Notes under the pieces: generated by a model
Seen by the model: only the letters and a program-made list of their open reading frames with translations
Told to the model about the DNA's origin: nothing
Database searches by the model: none
Shown: piece by piece, positions 11,585 to 23,864 of the stretch
How positions within the stretch are numbered: position 1 is the first letter of the stretch
Layout of the letters: each line of letters starts with the position of its first letter
Made by a program: the position numbers and the translations under genes
Source: Tieghemostelium lacteum
Lineage: Eukaryota
Reading direction: 5' to 3'
Assembly: GCA_001606155.1 (NCBI GenBank)
Contig: LODT01000028.1
Location: forward strand, 406,735-470,734
DNA: 64,000 bases

Positions 11585-13192
11585 TCTACAGAAGGAGAAT
11601 CAATCTCTGATTCCCCATAATCATCTTCTTTTTTACCTTTTTGTAAAATTACCCATAGTCTAAAAAATTAAAATAAATTAATATTAATCTTTTGGATTCA
11701 TCATAGTTATAGATGGTACATACCCAAGTTTTTTAAAATGTAGACATTTATTAGGGAAAGAATTGGGTATGTAAAAAACCAAAACTTTCATTTCTACATT
11801 TATAAAGTACTTTTTTTTTTATCGATTTGGTAATATAATTAATATTTAATTTGGTTGTATTATACAATATATATATAAATAAAAAAACTAGATAGAATGA
11901 GATATGGATAGAGTGATTTAGCTGTTCATTATTTTCCAAAAATATAAAGTGTCATAAATTATAGTATAGATAGAAATTGTATATATAAGAAACAACTTTT
12001 AAAAAATAAACTAGTACTAGTTTTGAAGTTATTTTTTGTTGTTTTTTCGTTTCAAATTGATTATTACTACTGATAAATAGTTAAATAAATTATTGGATTT
12101 TGGTTGATTATTATTTGTTTTTTGTTTGTTTTGCTTGTGAAAATAATAGTATTTTTTAATATATAGGGAGAAAGATGGATTTAAATAACAGTACTAGCGT
12201 GGTGTTGTGGTTAAAGATGAGTGGGGATGGATAGAAATTATATAAAAAATGTTTAATAAGATGTAGGAATAAATTCCATTGATCTAAAAATTATAATAAT
12301 TTTTTTTTGGGATATTGATGTGTGACTACTATCACTTATTTAAAAAAATTACTATTAGGAATCGAAATTTAAGATCTAAAAATATAACTCTATAACACAC
12401 TCTCCACTAATTTAACCCCACCCCAATTTTCACACTAGACATTATTTTTTCGTGTTTTTTTATAGCACTAAATCTCAATAGAGGGAGATGAAATCGGTAT
12501 ATAAAAAATTATACAACTACTAATCATCCACAATAATAAAAATATTACAACAACAAAAACACAATCATTATAAAAACAGAAATAAAATCACATAAAATTC
12601 GAAATTAAACACAATTAAAACAAAATAAATCTGATTTTTTAACAATTAAAAAAACAACTGCAATAACAACAACAACAACAACAATCAAAAATTGCAAGGA
12701 TAATATAACTAAAAATAAATCAAAAATCATGCTGATTAAAATAAATTGATACTTACAATTTATCTAAATATATACTTTAAAATAATCTAATAATAATGAA
12801 TAAATTGATTACAGTGAAGAATCAATATTAATATAAATTCTTTATATTTATATTTATATGAATAGGTACATTGAATATTGTAACCTTTTAATCCAATAAA
12901 CCAAATTTTAAAAAAATAAATAAATAATTACCTGTACCACAACCAAATAAATATATTTCTAAATAAAAAAATGGTGTAGAAGAAATTGTTAAAAGTAACT
13001 TAAAGTAGAATTACTTTTAAGTAAATTTCTCTTGTTTTAAAAAGTGAACATGAGTAATCAATTATGAATTCGTATCACTGTTTATCTTTTTATATCAAGT
13101 TATATAAATATATCAAGTAATTTTTTAAAATGTGTGTGGTGTGAGTGTGGTGATATTTAAAAAAAAAAAATTATACTAATAATGTTATTCTA

Positions 13193-13623
13193 TTAACTAT
13201 TTTGATATGCAATTATTAATTGTTGAGTGTCATAAAGTGGAATAGAAGAGAAATTGACATAGGTTGTAGTTGTAATACTACTATTTGTTGTAAATGTGGG
13301 ATTGTTTTGATTGTAGCTTTTAATTTCATTCAATAATTGAAATTGAATAAACATTTGGTCAATGTGGTGTCTTCTTTGAATAATGTCATGTTTTAGCAGA
13401 TTAATGTCAACCAAAGAGACATTAGTTTCTATTGATTCAATTTTTTTTGGTTCAGATAATTTGAATAGTTTTGACTTAACATTTTTAAAAGATTTTTCTA
13501 TTTTAGTTTTTGTTATCTTTTCTTTACCTATTTTATATATTTGGATAAGAATTAGAATTTAAAGTAAATTAGTAATATAATAATACATACTTAGAACTTT
13601 TGGATTTCTTTTATTTGAATCCA
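13193..13623 (-). CDS. Small hypothetical protein (about 123 aa), exons 13590..13623 and 13193..13527
   Basis: ATGGATTCAAATAAAAGAAATCCAAAAGTTCTAA|GTATGT...AAAATAG|GT AAA. The phase-1 junction joins to the 73-aa ORF. Helical, K/E-rich. Confidence 0.3.
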
Positions 13624-13747
13624 TTGTTACCAATCTATTTAAAAAGGGGTAGAGAAAGAGTAATGACAATACATTTGAAAATTTGGAAATTTCATATTGT
13701 TTTATTCTATCCTATTTAATTAATTATTATATATTATTTGAAAATAC

Positions 13748-14962
13748 CTAATCGAGTGTTGATGATTTTTGTTTAAGATCAATAGTGTATTTTTTGTCAA
13801 CCCCACTCACACCGCTATCAGTAGTTGAGGTAATATCTGATTTGGTAAAACTTTTATCATTAATTTCTTGATTTTGCTTTTCAATATTATCAGTTTCCTC
13901 TTTACTTAGTTCTTTAAATTCTATAACATTCTTTGTCATATCAATTTCATTGGTTGTAGTAGTTGTAGTAGTTGTAGTAGTAGTTTTATCATCAGTTTTA
14001 GTTTTCTTATCAGCTAATGATAAAGCTTCCATATCTTTAATAACTACATCAAATGAAAACTTTTGTGGGTGATGATTAAACAATTGTAAATGTTGATATT
14101 TACTATCATCAAGTAAATACATTTGTGTTTGTTGATATAAATAATTGGCCTGAATAGAATTCAAAACCTCACTATATGACAGCAGAGTGTTAGTATTACA
14201 AACCAACCTAATACTAAAAAGAATATATAGGTGTACATACAAATTTGGATCAGCTCTCATTAAAACTATACCTTTGGAATCGATAAGATCTGTATAATGA
14301 GTTGCAGTTAACCAAGGTACAGCATTTACTGAATACTTTTTATATTGTTCTAAATAGGTATAAACAAAATGGTCACCTTGATTCTGGTATAGAATGGAAA
14401 TGTATCCTTTGTCACCTGGTAATGGGAATACAAATAGTGGGTTTTGTTTGGCTCTATCAATCATCTTTCTATAGGTTGCAGCTGGAATGACAGCACATAT
14501 ACAATCCTTTACAGAATGATACTGAATCCATAGATCTTTAATAGTTTTTACATCCTCTTTCATAAGTTTCTCTAATTTAACAACTTCATTCAAAGTTGCA
14601 GGTGGTCCCACATATTGTTTACTCTGAGATGAGTATCCTGGGTTGGTTGTATAGTATCTGTTACCTGCCAATGCCTCTGCACATTGTGAAATCTTAATAG
14701 ATGGTTGCATTGGTTTCTTTGTTCCATTATTATTATTATTTACTAATGTATTTTGATTCTTTGTTGTTGTTGAACTAGTGCTATTGTTTGTAGTTGTGGT
14801 TGTGGTTTTTATAAATTTATTACTATTATTAGAAATAGATGGACTTTGTCCACTCTGATTCTTTAATTTATTAAATAATGTTGATTGTGACATAATTTTT
14901 GAATCTCTAACAAATTTTAATAATGAGGTACTGGAATTTTGTATCAATCTACTTGAGATCAT
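13748..14962 (-). CDS. ATP synthase mitochondrial F1 assembly factor ATP11 (ATPAF1); exons 14241..14962 and 13748..14171
   Basis: LWIQYHSVKDCICAVIPAATYRKMIDRAKQNPLFVFPLPGDKGY matches ATPAF1 IWKEYHAIKQDCIFAVIPA...CPLFLLPLPQDKGY. The 69-nt in-frame intron 14172..14240 (GTATGT...TATAG) reads through as the junk peptide YVHLYILFSIRLVCNTNTLLSYS. Confidence 0.8.
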   Translation of the reverse strand: MISSRLIQNSSTSLLKFVRDSKIMSQSTLFNKLKNQSGQSPSISNNSNKFIKTTTTTTNNSTSSTTTKNQNTLVNNNNNGTKKPMQPSIKISQCAEALAGNRYYTTNPGYSSQSKQYVGPPATLNEVVKLEKLMKEDVKTIKDLWIQYHSVKDCICAVIPAATYRKMIDRAKQNPLFVFPLPGDKGYISILYQNQGDHFVYTYLEQYKKYSVNAVPWLTATHYTDLIDSKGIVLMRADPNLYVHLYILFSIRLVCNTNTLLSYSEVLNSIQANYLYQQTQMYLLDDSKYQHLQLFNHHPQKFSFDVVIKDMEALSLADKKTKTDDKTTTTTTTTTTTNEIDMTKNVIEFKELSKEETDNIEKQNQEINDKSFTKSDITSTTDSGVSGVDKKYTIDLKQKSSTLD

Positions 14963-15271
14963 ATTTAATCGAAAAATAAAAAAAAAATTAAAATTAAAAT
15001 GAATTCATTTTATTTATACCAGATAGAATAATATTATAGTAAAGAAGTATTAAACGATAGAACATGTATTTGATAATGTAAAAGAATTTCAGAGTAAACA
15101 CATAATTACAATAAAAATATTTATTTACTAAGAAAACCTTAAGATGGTTTTGGTTTTTTTCTAAATTATTTTTTTTACAGTTATTCCATCATCCAATCAT
15201 TTTTTTAAAACTCAAAAAATCCACCCTTTTTTTCTTCATTTCCTTAATTCCTTTTTTATTATATATCGAGA

Positions 15272-16972
15272 ATGACCCATACTAGAGAGGAGCTCGAAAA
15301 GAAACTCTACAAAGAGATTGTAGCTATAGCTAAATCTCTTGAAGTCAAGGCATCTGGTAAAAAAGATGAAATAATAGATAGAATTTTATCTAGTGGTTCT
15401 GAGGAATCAAGTGAAAAGACTACAACTACCACTACAACCACCACTAATACTACAAGTACACCTTCTACAAAGAAACCAGCACCAAAAAGAAAGTTAGAGA
15501 CAAAAGAAGAATCTGAGGAAGAAGAATCTGAAGAGGAAGTTGTTGAAGAAAAAGTAAAGAAAGCTGCCGCCAAACCTAAACCAGCTGCCAGTAAGAAGAA
15601 AGCTGCTGCTAAGAAAGCTACTACTACCCGTTCTACTAAGAAACATAAGAAAGAGGCTGAAGAAGAAGAAGATGTTGAAATGGATAAAGAAGATGAAGAA
15701 GAAGATGGTGATGAAGACATGTCAATTGATCCAAATAATAATAATGTAAAGTCAAAGTCTCCAGACGTAAAACAAACTGTTTCTGCTAAGAAAGGTCCAA
15801 AGAGTTCTATTGAGCTAAAGAAATGGCATACTAAAGGATCTATTGTCTACTACCTTGACGAATATATCAGTAAACCAAAGATTGCTGGTTTCGATTTGGA
15901 TTACACCATTGTCAAGACTAAAAGTGGTAATGTACATTCTATAAACGCTAATGATTGGTTATGGTGGAACACTGTAGTCCCAGAGAGATTAGTTGAAAAG
16001 TACAAGGAAGGATACCACATTGTCATCTTTTCTAACCAAGGTGGTATTAAATCAGGTTCTCAACGTGATAATGTGAAATACAATGCCATTACTAAGAAGA
16101 TCTTGGCCATTGCTGATGAACTAAAGATCCCAATTGGTTGCTTTATAGCCACTGATGATGATATCAACAAGAAACCAAGCAAGAGCATGTGGGATTTCAT
16201 GTTGGAGGAATGTACCGATGGTTCTGATATACCAATTCAAATATCCGAAAGTTTCTATGTTGGTGATGCTGCTGGAAGACCAGAAGGATGGAAACCTGGT
16301 GCCAAGGCTGATTTCTCCAATTCTGACTCAGGATTTGCCAAAACTGTTGGTATGGAATTCCAGACCCCAGAGCAGTTTTTTCTCGACGAGCCACCTTTTG
16401 AAGTAAACCTTTCTGAATTAATTCCTGCTGCACCACGTACTGGTGCAGTCGTTGAAGGTGGCTCGATTACTTGTAAGGAATTTGAGATGGTTATCTTTGT
16501 AGGGTTCCCTGCCAGTGGCAAATCCACATTTGCCCGAAAACACTATGAACCTGCCGGCTATGTCATTGTCAATGGTGACACACTGAAATCAAAACCTGCA
16601 CAGATTAAACTCGCAAAACAAAGCTTAGCAGAAAAAAAATCTGTTGTAATTGATAATACCAATGGACTGAGCTCCACCAGAGCTGAATGGATTGCATTAG
16701 CAAAACAATATGGTGCTTCTATTAGATGTTTTAGATTTAGAACCTCCTATGATTTAGCTATGCATTTGAACTATTACAGGGAGAGAACATTGAATGTCAA
16801 ACACATCTCAGAGATGGTCTATCGTATTTTCAACAAAAACCTTGTAGAACCAACCCTTTCTGAAGGTTTCAAAGAAATCAATTTTGTAAATTTTATTTTA
16901 GATATAAAACCAGAACAAGAGTCCCAATATTTCATTGCAAATCCCAAAGCAAAATCAAAAAAAACTAAATAA
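15272..16972 (+). CDS. pnkp: Bifunctional polynucleotide kinase/3'-phosphatase (PNKP) with N-terminal SAP domain
   Basis: SAP motif LYKEIVAIAKSLEVKASGKKDEIIDRIL. A K/E/A-rich linker follows. HAD phosphatase DxDxT (FDLDYTIV). P-loop kinase GFPASGKST. Confidence 0.85.
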   Translation: MTHTREELEKKLYKEIVAIAKSLEVKASGKKDEIIDRILSSGSEESSEKTTTTTTTTTNTTSTPSTKKPAPKRKLETKEESEEEESEEEVVEEKVKKAAAKPKPAASKKKAAAKKATTTRSTKKHKKEAEEEEDVEMDKEDEEEDGDEDMSIDPNNNNVKSKSPDVKQTVSAKKGPKSSIELKKWHTKGSIVYYLDEYISKPKIAGFDLDYTIVKTKSGNVHSINANDWLWWNTVVPERLVEKYKEGYHIVIFSNQGGIKSGSQRDNVKYNAITKKILAIADELKIPIGCFIATDDDINKKPSKSMWDFMLEECTDGSDIPIQISESFYVGDAAGRPEGWKPGAKADFSNSDSGFAKTVGMEFQTPEQFFLDEPPFEVNLSELIPAAPRTGAVVEGGSITCKEFEMVIFVGFPASGKSTFARKHYEPAGYVIVNGDTLKSKPAQIKLAKQSLAEKKSVVIDNTNGLSSTRAEWIALAKQYGASIRCFRFRTSYDLAMHLNYYRERTLNVKHISEMVYRIFNKNLVEPTLSEGFKEINFVNFILDIKPEQESQYFIANPKAKSKKTK

Positions 16973-17113
16973 TAATAATACCCATTTACACATTTATTTA
17001 AACAACAAATAAACACTTTTATCTCTTTGCTAAAAAAATCATGTTATTACATTTTTTGAAAATATTTTTTTTTTTTTTTGAAATCAGATTACAGTGATCG
17101 TGTTTGCATAAAA

Positions 17114-17844
17114 ATGAATTTCCTTGGTCACTTATCCAAACTTTCATTTAATATCTTAACACAAGTACCAGTTCAATTAAACCATGTTGTTAAAAGAGGT
17201 TTATTTGTTCGTGGTAAAAATATAGTAAGAGAAGTAGATCCAAATGCACCAAAGTAAATTTCATATCTATTTGACCATATTAGACATTCATAGACCAAAC
17301 AAATATTGATGATTATCTGTAAATATATAGAGTATATAAAATCAGACATATCTACTGTGAGAATCGTATAGTTAGAGGAAAAGCAGGTGTAAAGAAATTA
17401 AGATATTTAGATTTTGTACCAGCAACTATATCAGGTGGTGGATTGCCATATCAACATATAACAGTAGAGTGGAATAGAATCTCTGGTTTACTTCAAACCA
17501 ACAACTTTTATAAAGATAGAAAGTACATTTTGAATATTGGTGACAAAGAGAAAGTTGTCGGTAAATTGGCATTTGCTCAGTTGCATCCAACTACCGAGAG
17601 AACTTTATTTATTAAATTTACAAGAACCACTGATGACCCTACAACTCTTTTAGAAGAAACTCTACCTAATATTGTAGAACAAAAACAAAAAGATGAACAA
17701 AACATGATCAGAATGGAAAAAAGAAGACAAGCTAGAGCACTTCAGAATATTGACTTGTCATTTAAACCATCTATTAAAAAGAGCGATTTACAACAACAAC
17801 AACAAGAACAACAAAAAAAATCAAAACCTTCTACTAAAAAATAA
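17114..17844 (+). CDS. Hypothetical small basic protein, possibly mitochondrial ribosomal mL41-like; exons 17114..17253 and 17331..17844
   Basis: Exon 1 ends GCA CCA AA|GTAAAT (phase 2). The intron is 77 nt and ends ATATATAG. Exon 2 starts A GTA TAT AAA and is in frame with the 133-aa ORF. The FVPATISGGGLPY region weakly resembles mL41 FVVPDL..LKPY. Confidence 0.45.
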
Positions 17845-18008
17845 ATTTCAATAATATATATATACATAGAGACACTCAGTAATAATAATAATTATAAGAA
17901 TGAAGATTAAAAAATGTAATTATAAATAGGTATAGGTGGGTGGGGGTTGGTAATTTATTAAAATTTGGTTATGTGAATATAGGGAAGGATATTTATATAT
18001 GTTTTTTT

Positions 18009-20325
18009 TTACAATTGCAATTGCATAGTGGTATCAGCAACTTTATCATTCATTATCAAATCGTCATCATATTGGTGGTTTGAGACTATGGATTCATTAT
18101 GTTCATTATCATAATTATGGTGATGAGATGATTTTAAAGCTGAATTGAAAATTGGTTGTTGAAGAGGAGATGTGTTTCCACTACTACTACTACTACTACT
18201 TCCACTAGTTGAACTAAAATTACTGTGAACTGAACTTGTTGAATTTATAGACAACTGAGATGGCATTGGTTTTTTAAGATTACTATTAGTGTGCACTGAA
18301 TGTATTTGATTGAATTGGTTGATATTGTTTTCCTTGTTTTGCTTTTTCTTTAGTGCTGATGAACTGGTCTGGGTCTTCAAATGTGTAAGTTCAGAGATAA
18401 TAGGTTGTTTCAGTTTCTTTACAGCTCTTGGTGAGTTGTTATTTATAGGAGACAATGGGAACCGTTTCTTATTAGCTGTATTCTGTATCATTTTACCATA
18501 GGGTGAGGAAAGTAATTCTTGTTGTTTCAGCATTTGTATACGAGATGTTGGGGTTTTTGGTGTAGATGGTGTAGTAGTTTGTTGTTGTAGTTTCTTTTGT
18601 GGAGTTTTATTACCACTAGTAGAGGATGATGTACTAGTTTTATGTGAATTATTATTGTTACTGTTATTTTGACTATTACTACCATTACTAGTAGTAGATT
18701 GTTTATGATTTTGTAATAGTTTCTCTCTGTCTTTACGGATCTTTTCAGATTCTTTTAATTTTTTTTCATGTTCATATTGTTGGTGCATTAATTCCAAATA
18801 AGGAAACCCTTCATAACAAAATGGAGTTCCACGAGATTGATGCCATTGATGTAACTGTTTTTTCAGAGTCTCTTCAATTTGTGGGAGTTTCTGAAAGGTT
18901 TTTCTGAGTTTTTCTTCCTGGATAAATCTACCTCTATCGAATTTCTTGGAGAGTAGTCTTTCCTTATCACCAATAACAGTCTGTTCGTATTCAATCTTGT
19001 CATTTCTAATCTGTTCTCTCTTTTCAATGAGTGCTAACAGAGGTTTGGAAACCTCTAGAATCTCTTCAACTCTTTCCACTTCTCTCTCGTAGACTTCGAG
19101 TAACTCTTCACTTTCCTCCTCACAATTATGATTCTCATATATTTCATTTAACTGGTCCAGTGGTAAATGTAATTGAGCGTATATAACATGAATTCTTGAG
19201 ACTGCTCTGTTAATGTACTGACTAAGAGTAGCTTTTCTCAAATCGGATACTCTCTGAAGTTCCTCTTCACAAGCTTCGATGACATCGTATCCAAGTCCTG
19301 CTGTCTTTGAGAAGAATGATTCACGTTCGTCTTCAGGTACCTCTAATTTATCCCATAGTGATGTGATCTTTGTTGCATATTCTTTTACTATAATTTCATG
19401 TTCATTCTTGATTACTATTAATTTATCTCTCTTTTGTTCCAAAGTAGTCAAAGTACCCAAACTCAGACTTATTGGTGATTTTACATCTAAACTGTCTACC
19501 TGTGTCATCAAAAGTATTGATTGTTCAAATTCAGTTTCTGGTGAGAATCTTAGTTCTTCCCATAACTCTAATATCTCAATTGACAATTCCCTAATTGAAT
19601 TAAATTGTGTATCCTATAATATCATATTCCAAATATATTAGAAAATATACAATTTCCATCCATTCCTATACCCCCTATATTTACTCTTTGAATCTTTGTT
19701 GTATTTAAAATTTTTTGAACAGAAGATATTCTTTCCATTGAATAATCATTATGCATAGTGTCATCATGTGAATGTAAATTTGATTTCATCTCCATCTCTT
19801 GTGAAAGTTCATCAATTTTTGATTCCAAATCATCTATAATAATCATTCTATCTTGAATTCTTTTTCTCAATTTACTTAATTCTGATTCAATATATTGTGA
19901 TCTCTGTAATAAATTCAATGATGCCAATGTTTGATGACACTTTTTAAACCATTGTTAATATTATCCATAAACTATTCCAAACCATTACAAATCAACTAAA
20001 CCTACCTCTTTAACAGTCTCGCCTAATTCAGTAGTCATTGTACAAAGTGTTTCAAGTCCATTTATAATCTCTTTCACTATATCATCTTTCTTTTTCTCCT
20101 CACCTTTTAAAAGGTCAGTATAGATATTTAAAACCTGTAATTGAGCTCTGTTAATTTAAAACTAATGTTAATACCTAATGAATTTCAAATAATTATTCAA
20201 TCTATAATATGAGAGATTACAAACAAATCACATAATGATTTTCTATAATTTTGGTCAAATCCAATCTCATCCCAAACTCTAACTGTTTTTGTTAAGAGAT
20301 CTTTAATGTCCAATTCTATACTCAT
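18009..20325 (-). CDS. PRC1/Ase1/MAP65-family microtubule bundling protein; exons 20221..20325, 20006..20134, 19685..19939 and 18009..19613
   Basis: N-terminus VRVWDEIGFDQNYR matches PRC1 IWELIGIPEDQR. ELWEELRFSPETEFE matches ELWDRLQIPEEERE. The C-terminal spectrin-like region FDRGRFIQEEKLRKTFQKLPQIEETLKKQLHQWHQ is conserved. Three AT-rich introns are present (86, 66 and 71 nt; donors GTAATC, GTAGGT, GTAAAT), all phase 0. The Ser/Asn-rich tail is disordered. Confidence 0.75.
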
Positions 20326-20965
20326 TTTCAATAATTAGAAAACTTTGAACAATTAAATGTGGTTGTGTTTTAATCAATTTAATGAAAAGAAGTGTAATTT
20401 CAAAAAAATTTAATCTAACGGTCATTAATTTTTTGAATTTTTAAAAAAGACCGCAATATTATAATAACTTCAATAATTCTTTGGACATTTTTAAAATGGT
20501 GTATTAATACAAGGCGCACTAAAATAATACTAAATAAATGATCTTTTTACTAATACATTACAATGTATTATAAATATATTTGTAAAAAATCTCTTTTCTT
20601 ATTTCACTAAATGGAAGTTTATCAGAAGTTTGGATTTGTAGTATATCAAATAAATTAATTGGCAAAGATGGTGCTGGATCTTGTTTAAGAATTTCTTCAT
20701 GTAAAGAGTAATGAAAATAAGTATCACAAACATTAGGTTTACCTTTTCGAGGGAAAATCTAGAACATTTTAGTTCAACCTTTGTTTCTTTCTGCCATGCA
20801 CACCTTCCTCTAGGTTTATGATGGTAAATAAAGAAAATTTCTTTTAATAAATTAGATTTCTTTTAATCTTAATTATTTAGATGAAAATGTTATTTTTCTG
20901 AAAAAAATCACTATTTAATTAATAACTTCAATTTTTTTTTTATTCTTCATTGATATAATTAAAAA
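20326..20965. promoter_or_regulatory. Divergent intergenic region between PRC1-like (minus) and dbr1 (plus)
   Basis: About 640 bp of very AT-rich sequence with poly(T)/poly(A) runs, flanked by two start codons in opposite orientation. Confidence 0.3.
20557..20758 (-). CDS. Orphan terminal exon/ORF (IFPRKGKPNVCDTYFHYSLHEEILKQDPAPSLPINLFDILQIQTSDKLPFSEIRKEIFYKYIYNTL)
   Basis: The open frame has no ATG. A possible ATGGCAGAAAGAAACAAAG mini-exon lies upstream, but the splice is non-canonical. Confidence 0.15.
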
Positions 20966-22395
20966 ATGAGAATTGCAATAGAAGGTTGTTGTCATGGAGA
21001 GGTAGAGACTATATATAATTCATTAGTTCATATAGAACAAAAAACCAATTCAAAAATAGATTTATTACTTTGTTGTGGTGACTATGAGGTTAATATTTAA
21101 AAACTCTACCATTTGAAGATTCAAATATATATATTAATATGATACTAAATGATTTATAGGCACTTAGAAATCAGAGTGATTTAAAGTCATTAGCAGTTAA
21201 AGATAAATATAGACAAATGGGATCATTTTATAAATATTATAGTGGTGAATTAGTTGCACCGATATTGACATTGGTAATTGGAGGTAACCATGAATCTAGT
21301 AACTACTTTTCAGAGTTACCAAATGGTGGTTGGTTAGCACCAAATATATATTATATGGGTAGAAGTGGTGTTGTGACTTTTGGTGGTTTACGTATCATGG
21401 GAATTTCAGGTATTTACAAACAATATGATTATCAAAAAGGTTATTATGAACGTAAACCTTTTTCAGAGGACCACATACGTTCTATATATCATGTCAGAGA
21501 AATGGATATACTTAAACTATCTGCATTGTCTGTGCCTAGACTAGACATTGCCTTTTCGCACGATTGGCCACTTTCCATTGTAGAATATGGAAATAAAGCA
21601 AAACTACTAAAACAAAAGAAAGGTTTTGAGGAAGACATAAACAAAGATGCTTTAGGTAATCCAGCAACTTTACAATTACTTAGACTTCACAAACCAAAGT
21701 TTTGGTTTTCAGGTCATTGTCATGTAAAGTTCCCAGCAGTTTATCCACATACCACTAAACAAGATCAACAGAATTCCAATGAAAACCTAACTGCAAACAC
21801 ATCTGATAATGATGATAGTAACAATGTGTTGGAAACCAGGTTCTTGGCATTGGATAAAGTACTACCAAATAGAGATTTTCTTCAAGTTTTAGATTTTGAA
21901 GCTAAAGGCTCACTAAAACTATGTTATGATATTCAATGGTTACTGATACTTGCCAAAACACAAGCACAAGTAAAACAACATACAAAATCTACAGCATCAC
22001 CATTGAACCCTAATGACTTTAAAAACCTCTATACTGTAGAGGAAATTGAAAGATTTGAAGGTAGATTTGAACTATTACATCAATTAAAAAACCCAAACAA
22101 CAATAATAAGGAGTTTAGTAAACAAGATATTCTTGAAATACCAAAGAATTTTGTACAGAATGCTTATTGTCATAATGCAAATGATCTAAAGAATATATGC
22201 GCATTTGATGATCCATATTTTGATAACCCACAAGAGATTGTTTTGAATAATTTAATCAATGTTTTATCGAGTAACACAGAAATCAATGAAGAAACACTGA
22301 AACAATTAAATGTAGAAACCTTCTCCAAATCAGTATCTCAACAAAATAAGAAAATTAAATATGTTGATGATTCTGAAATCAATATAGATGATTAA
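20966..22395 (+). CDS. dbr1: Lariat debranching enzyme Dbr1; exons 20966..21088 and 21160..22395
   Basis: MRIAIEGCCHGE...LLLCCGDYE|ALRNQSDLKSLAVKDKYRQMGSFYKYYSGELVAPILTLVIGGNHESSNYF is colinear with human DBR1. A 71-nt intron GTTAAT...TTATAG is present. Metallophosphoesterase motifs are present. Confidence 0.9.
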
Positions 22396-22471
22396 TAAAA
22401 GTTACACCCCCCATCCTAATATATTTATATTTTGTATAAATGAAACCTGTTACAGTATTCCTTTTATTTTA

Positions 22472-23501
22472 TTATTTAGATTCAGTTGGTGGTGTAGTAG
22501 TTGTATTAGTTTGTGGTACCACTGGTGCTGGTATATTTAAAAGTTTTCTCTTTTGTTCCCATTCATCGGTTTCTCTCTTATTGGTAGTATTCAATGGTTT
22601 ACCAGTTTGAATAGCTTCGATTTCCAGTCTGGTCAATTTAATAGATTCATAAGAGTAATCCATAAAGGCTTCACAAGCAACTGGTACAATTTTTCTAATG
22701 AGAGCAAAAATAGTATTGGCATAATCTCTAATTTCCTTTTGACTGTGTGAGTCCATACGCAATTTAAGGAAATGGAAGAGATTGTGTAAATCAATTTTCC
22801 AGTACCATTCAGTGTATACACTAACTGGTAAACCAATTCTACCAAGTTCTCTACTCAAGCCCTTATCCAAAAGTTCATTATAGGTCTTGTAAGAGCTCTC
22901 TACTTGATCCAAATAGGCAAGAAATTCTTCTGCAGTCTTAGTTTCGAGTTGTTCCTCTCCACCTTGTCTGTTGCTAGCTGATTGTTTTCTGACATCTTCA
23001 ACTTTGGGATGATAAAATTTGTCTGGCATAACAGAATATCTAGCAGAGTATTCGTTAACATTAGCAGTTCTATGTCTAATCCATTGTCTAGCAATGAAAA
23101 CTGGCATTACACAATGAAATTTAAATTCAACCATTTCAAATGGTGCTGTTATTTAATGAGTATAAAGATACTTGGTATTAGTATACAAAGGGATATAATG
23201 TTATATTATAGTGTAAGATTAACATACATGTATGTTGATGTCTGAATAGGTAACGAATTAAACCTTTATCTTCGGAGACTTTTTTGGTACCTGCACCATA
23301 GGAGACTCTTGCAGCTTGTACAATAGAGAAATCAGCAGTTTGACCTACTGGTGCAAGTCTTGGCATACAATCTACCAATGCTACACTTCCATGATCGTGT
23401 ACTTTTACTTCATGACGATGGCTTCCACCCATAACATCATAGTATTCACATTCTGGTTTAGTAATATTAATTTGAATTTGATCAATTTCGTTTTGAATCA
23501 T
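22472..23501 (-). CDS. thyA: Flavin-dependent thymidylate synthase ThyX (Thy1); exons 23228..23501 and 22472..23145
   Basis: ThyX signature [15 protein letters not shown] and HTSPFE. An 82-nt intron 23146..23227 (GTATGT...AACAG) sits in phase 1 and splits codon Ser92. The protein is about 315 aa. Confidence 0.85.
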
Positions 23502-23864
23502 TTTTACTTTGAATTTTTAATATAATAAATATTTATATAAATAAGAATTATAGATTAGATTATACTGTACACAATAATGAAAATTTAAAAAAAAAAAAAG
23601 TTAAATTAGAATCAAATAAAAAAAAAAGGCGCACTCATAAAAATAATATAAAAACTGGTTTCAATTGAATACAGATTTTAATCATGAGTTATATAATCAA
23701 ATAGTTAAATTTTTGTAATTCATTTAACAAAAAATAGATAATATAATAGTAAGAAATTAATTGAATCATTCTATATTTTTAAAGAGAAAATACATCTAAA
23801 TTGATAGTGAACAATAGATTAGATAAGAGTAAATGCAAAGTTTAAACCTGTAGAGGTTGGAGAA

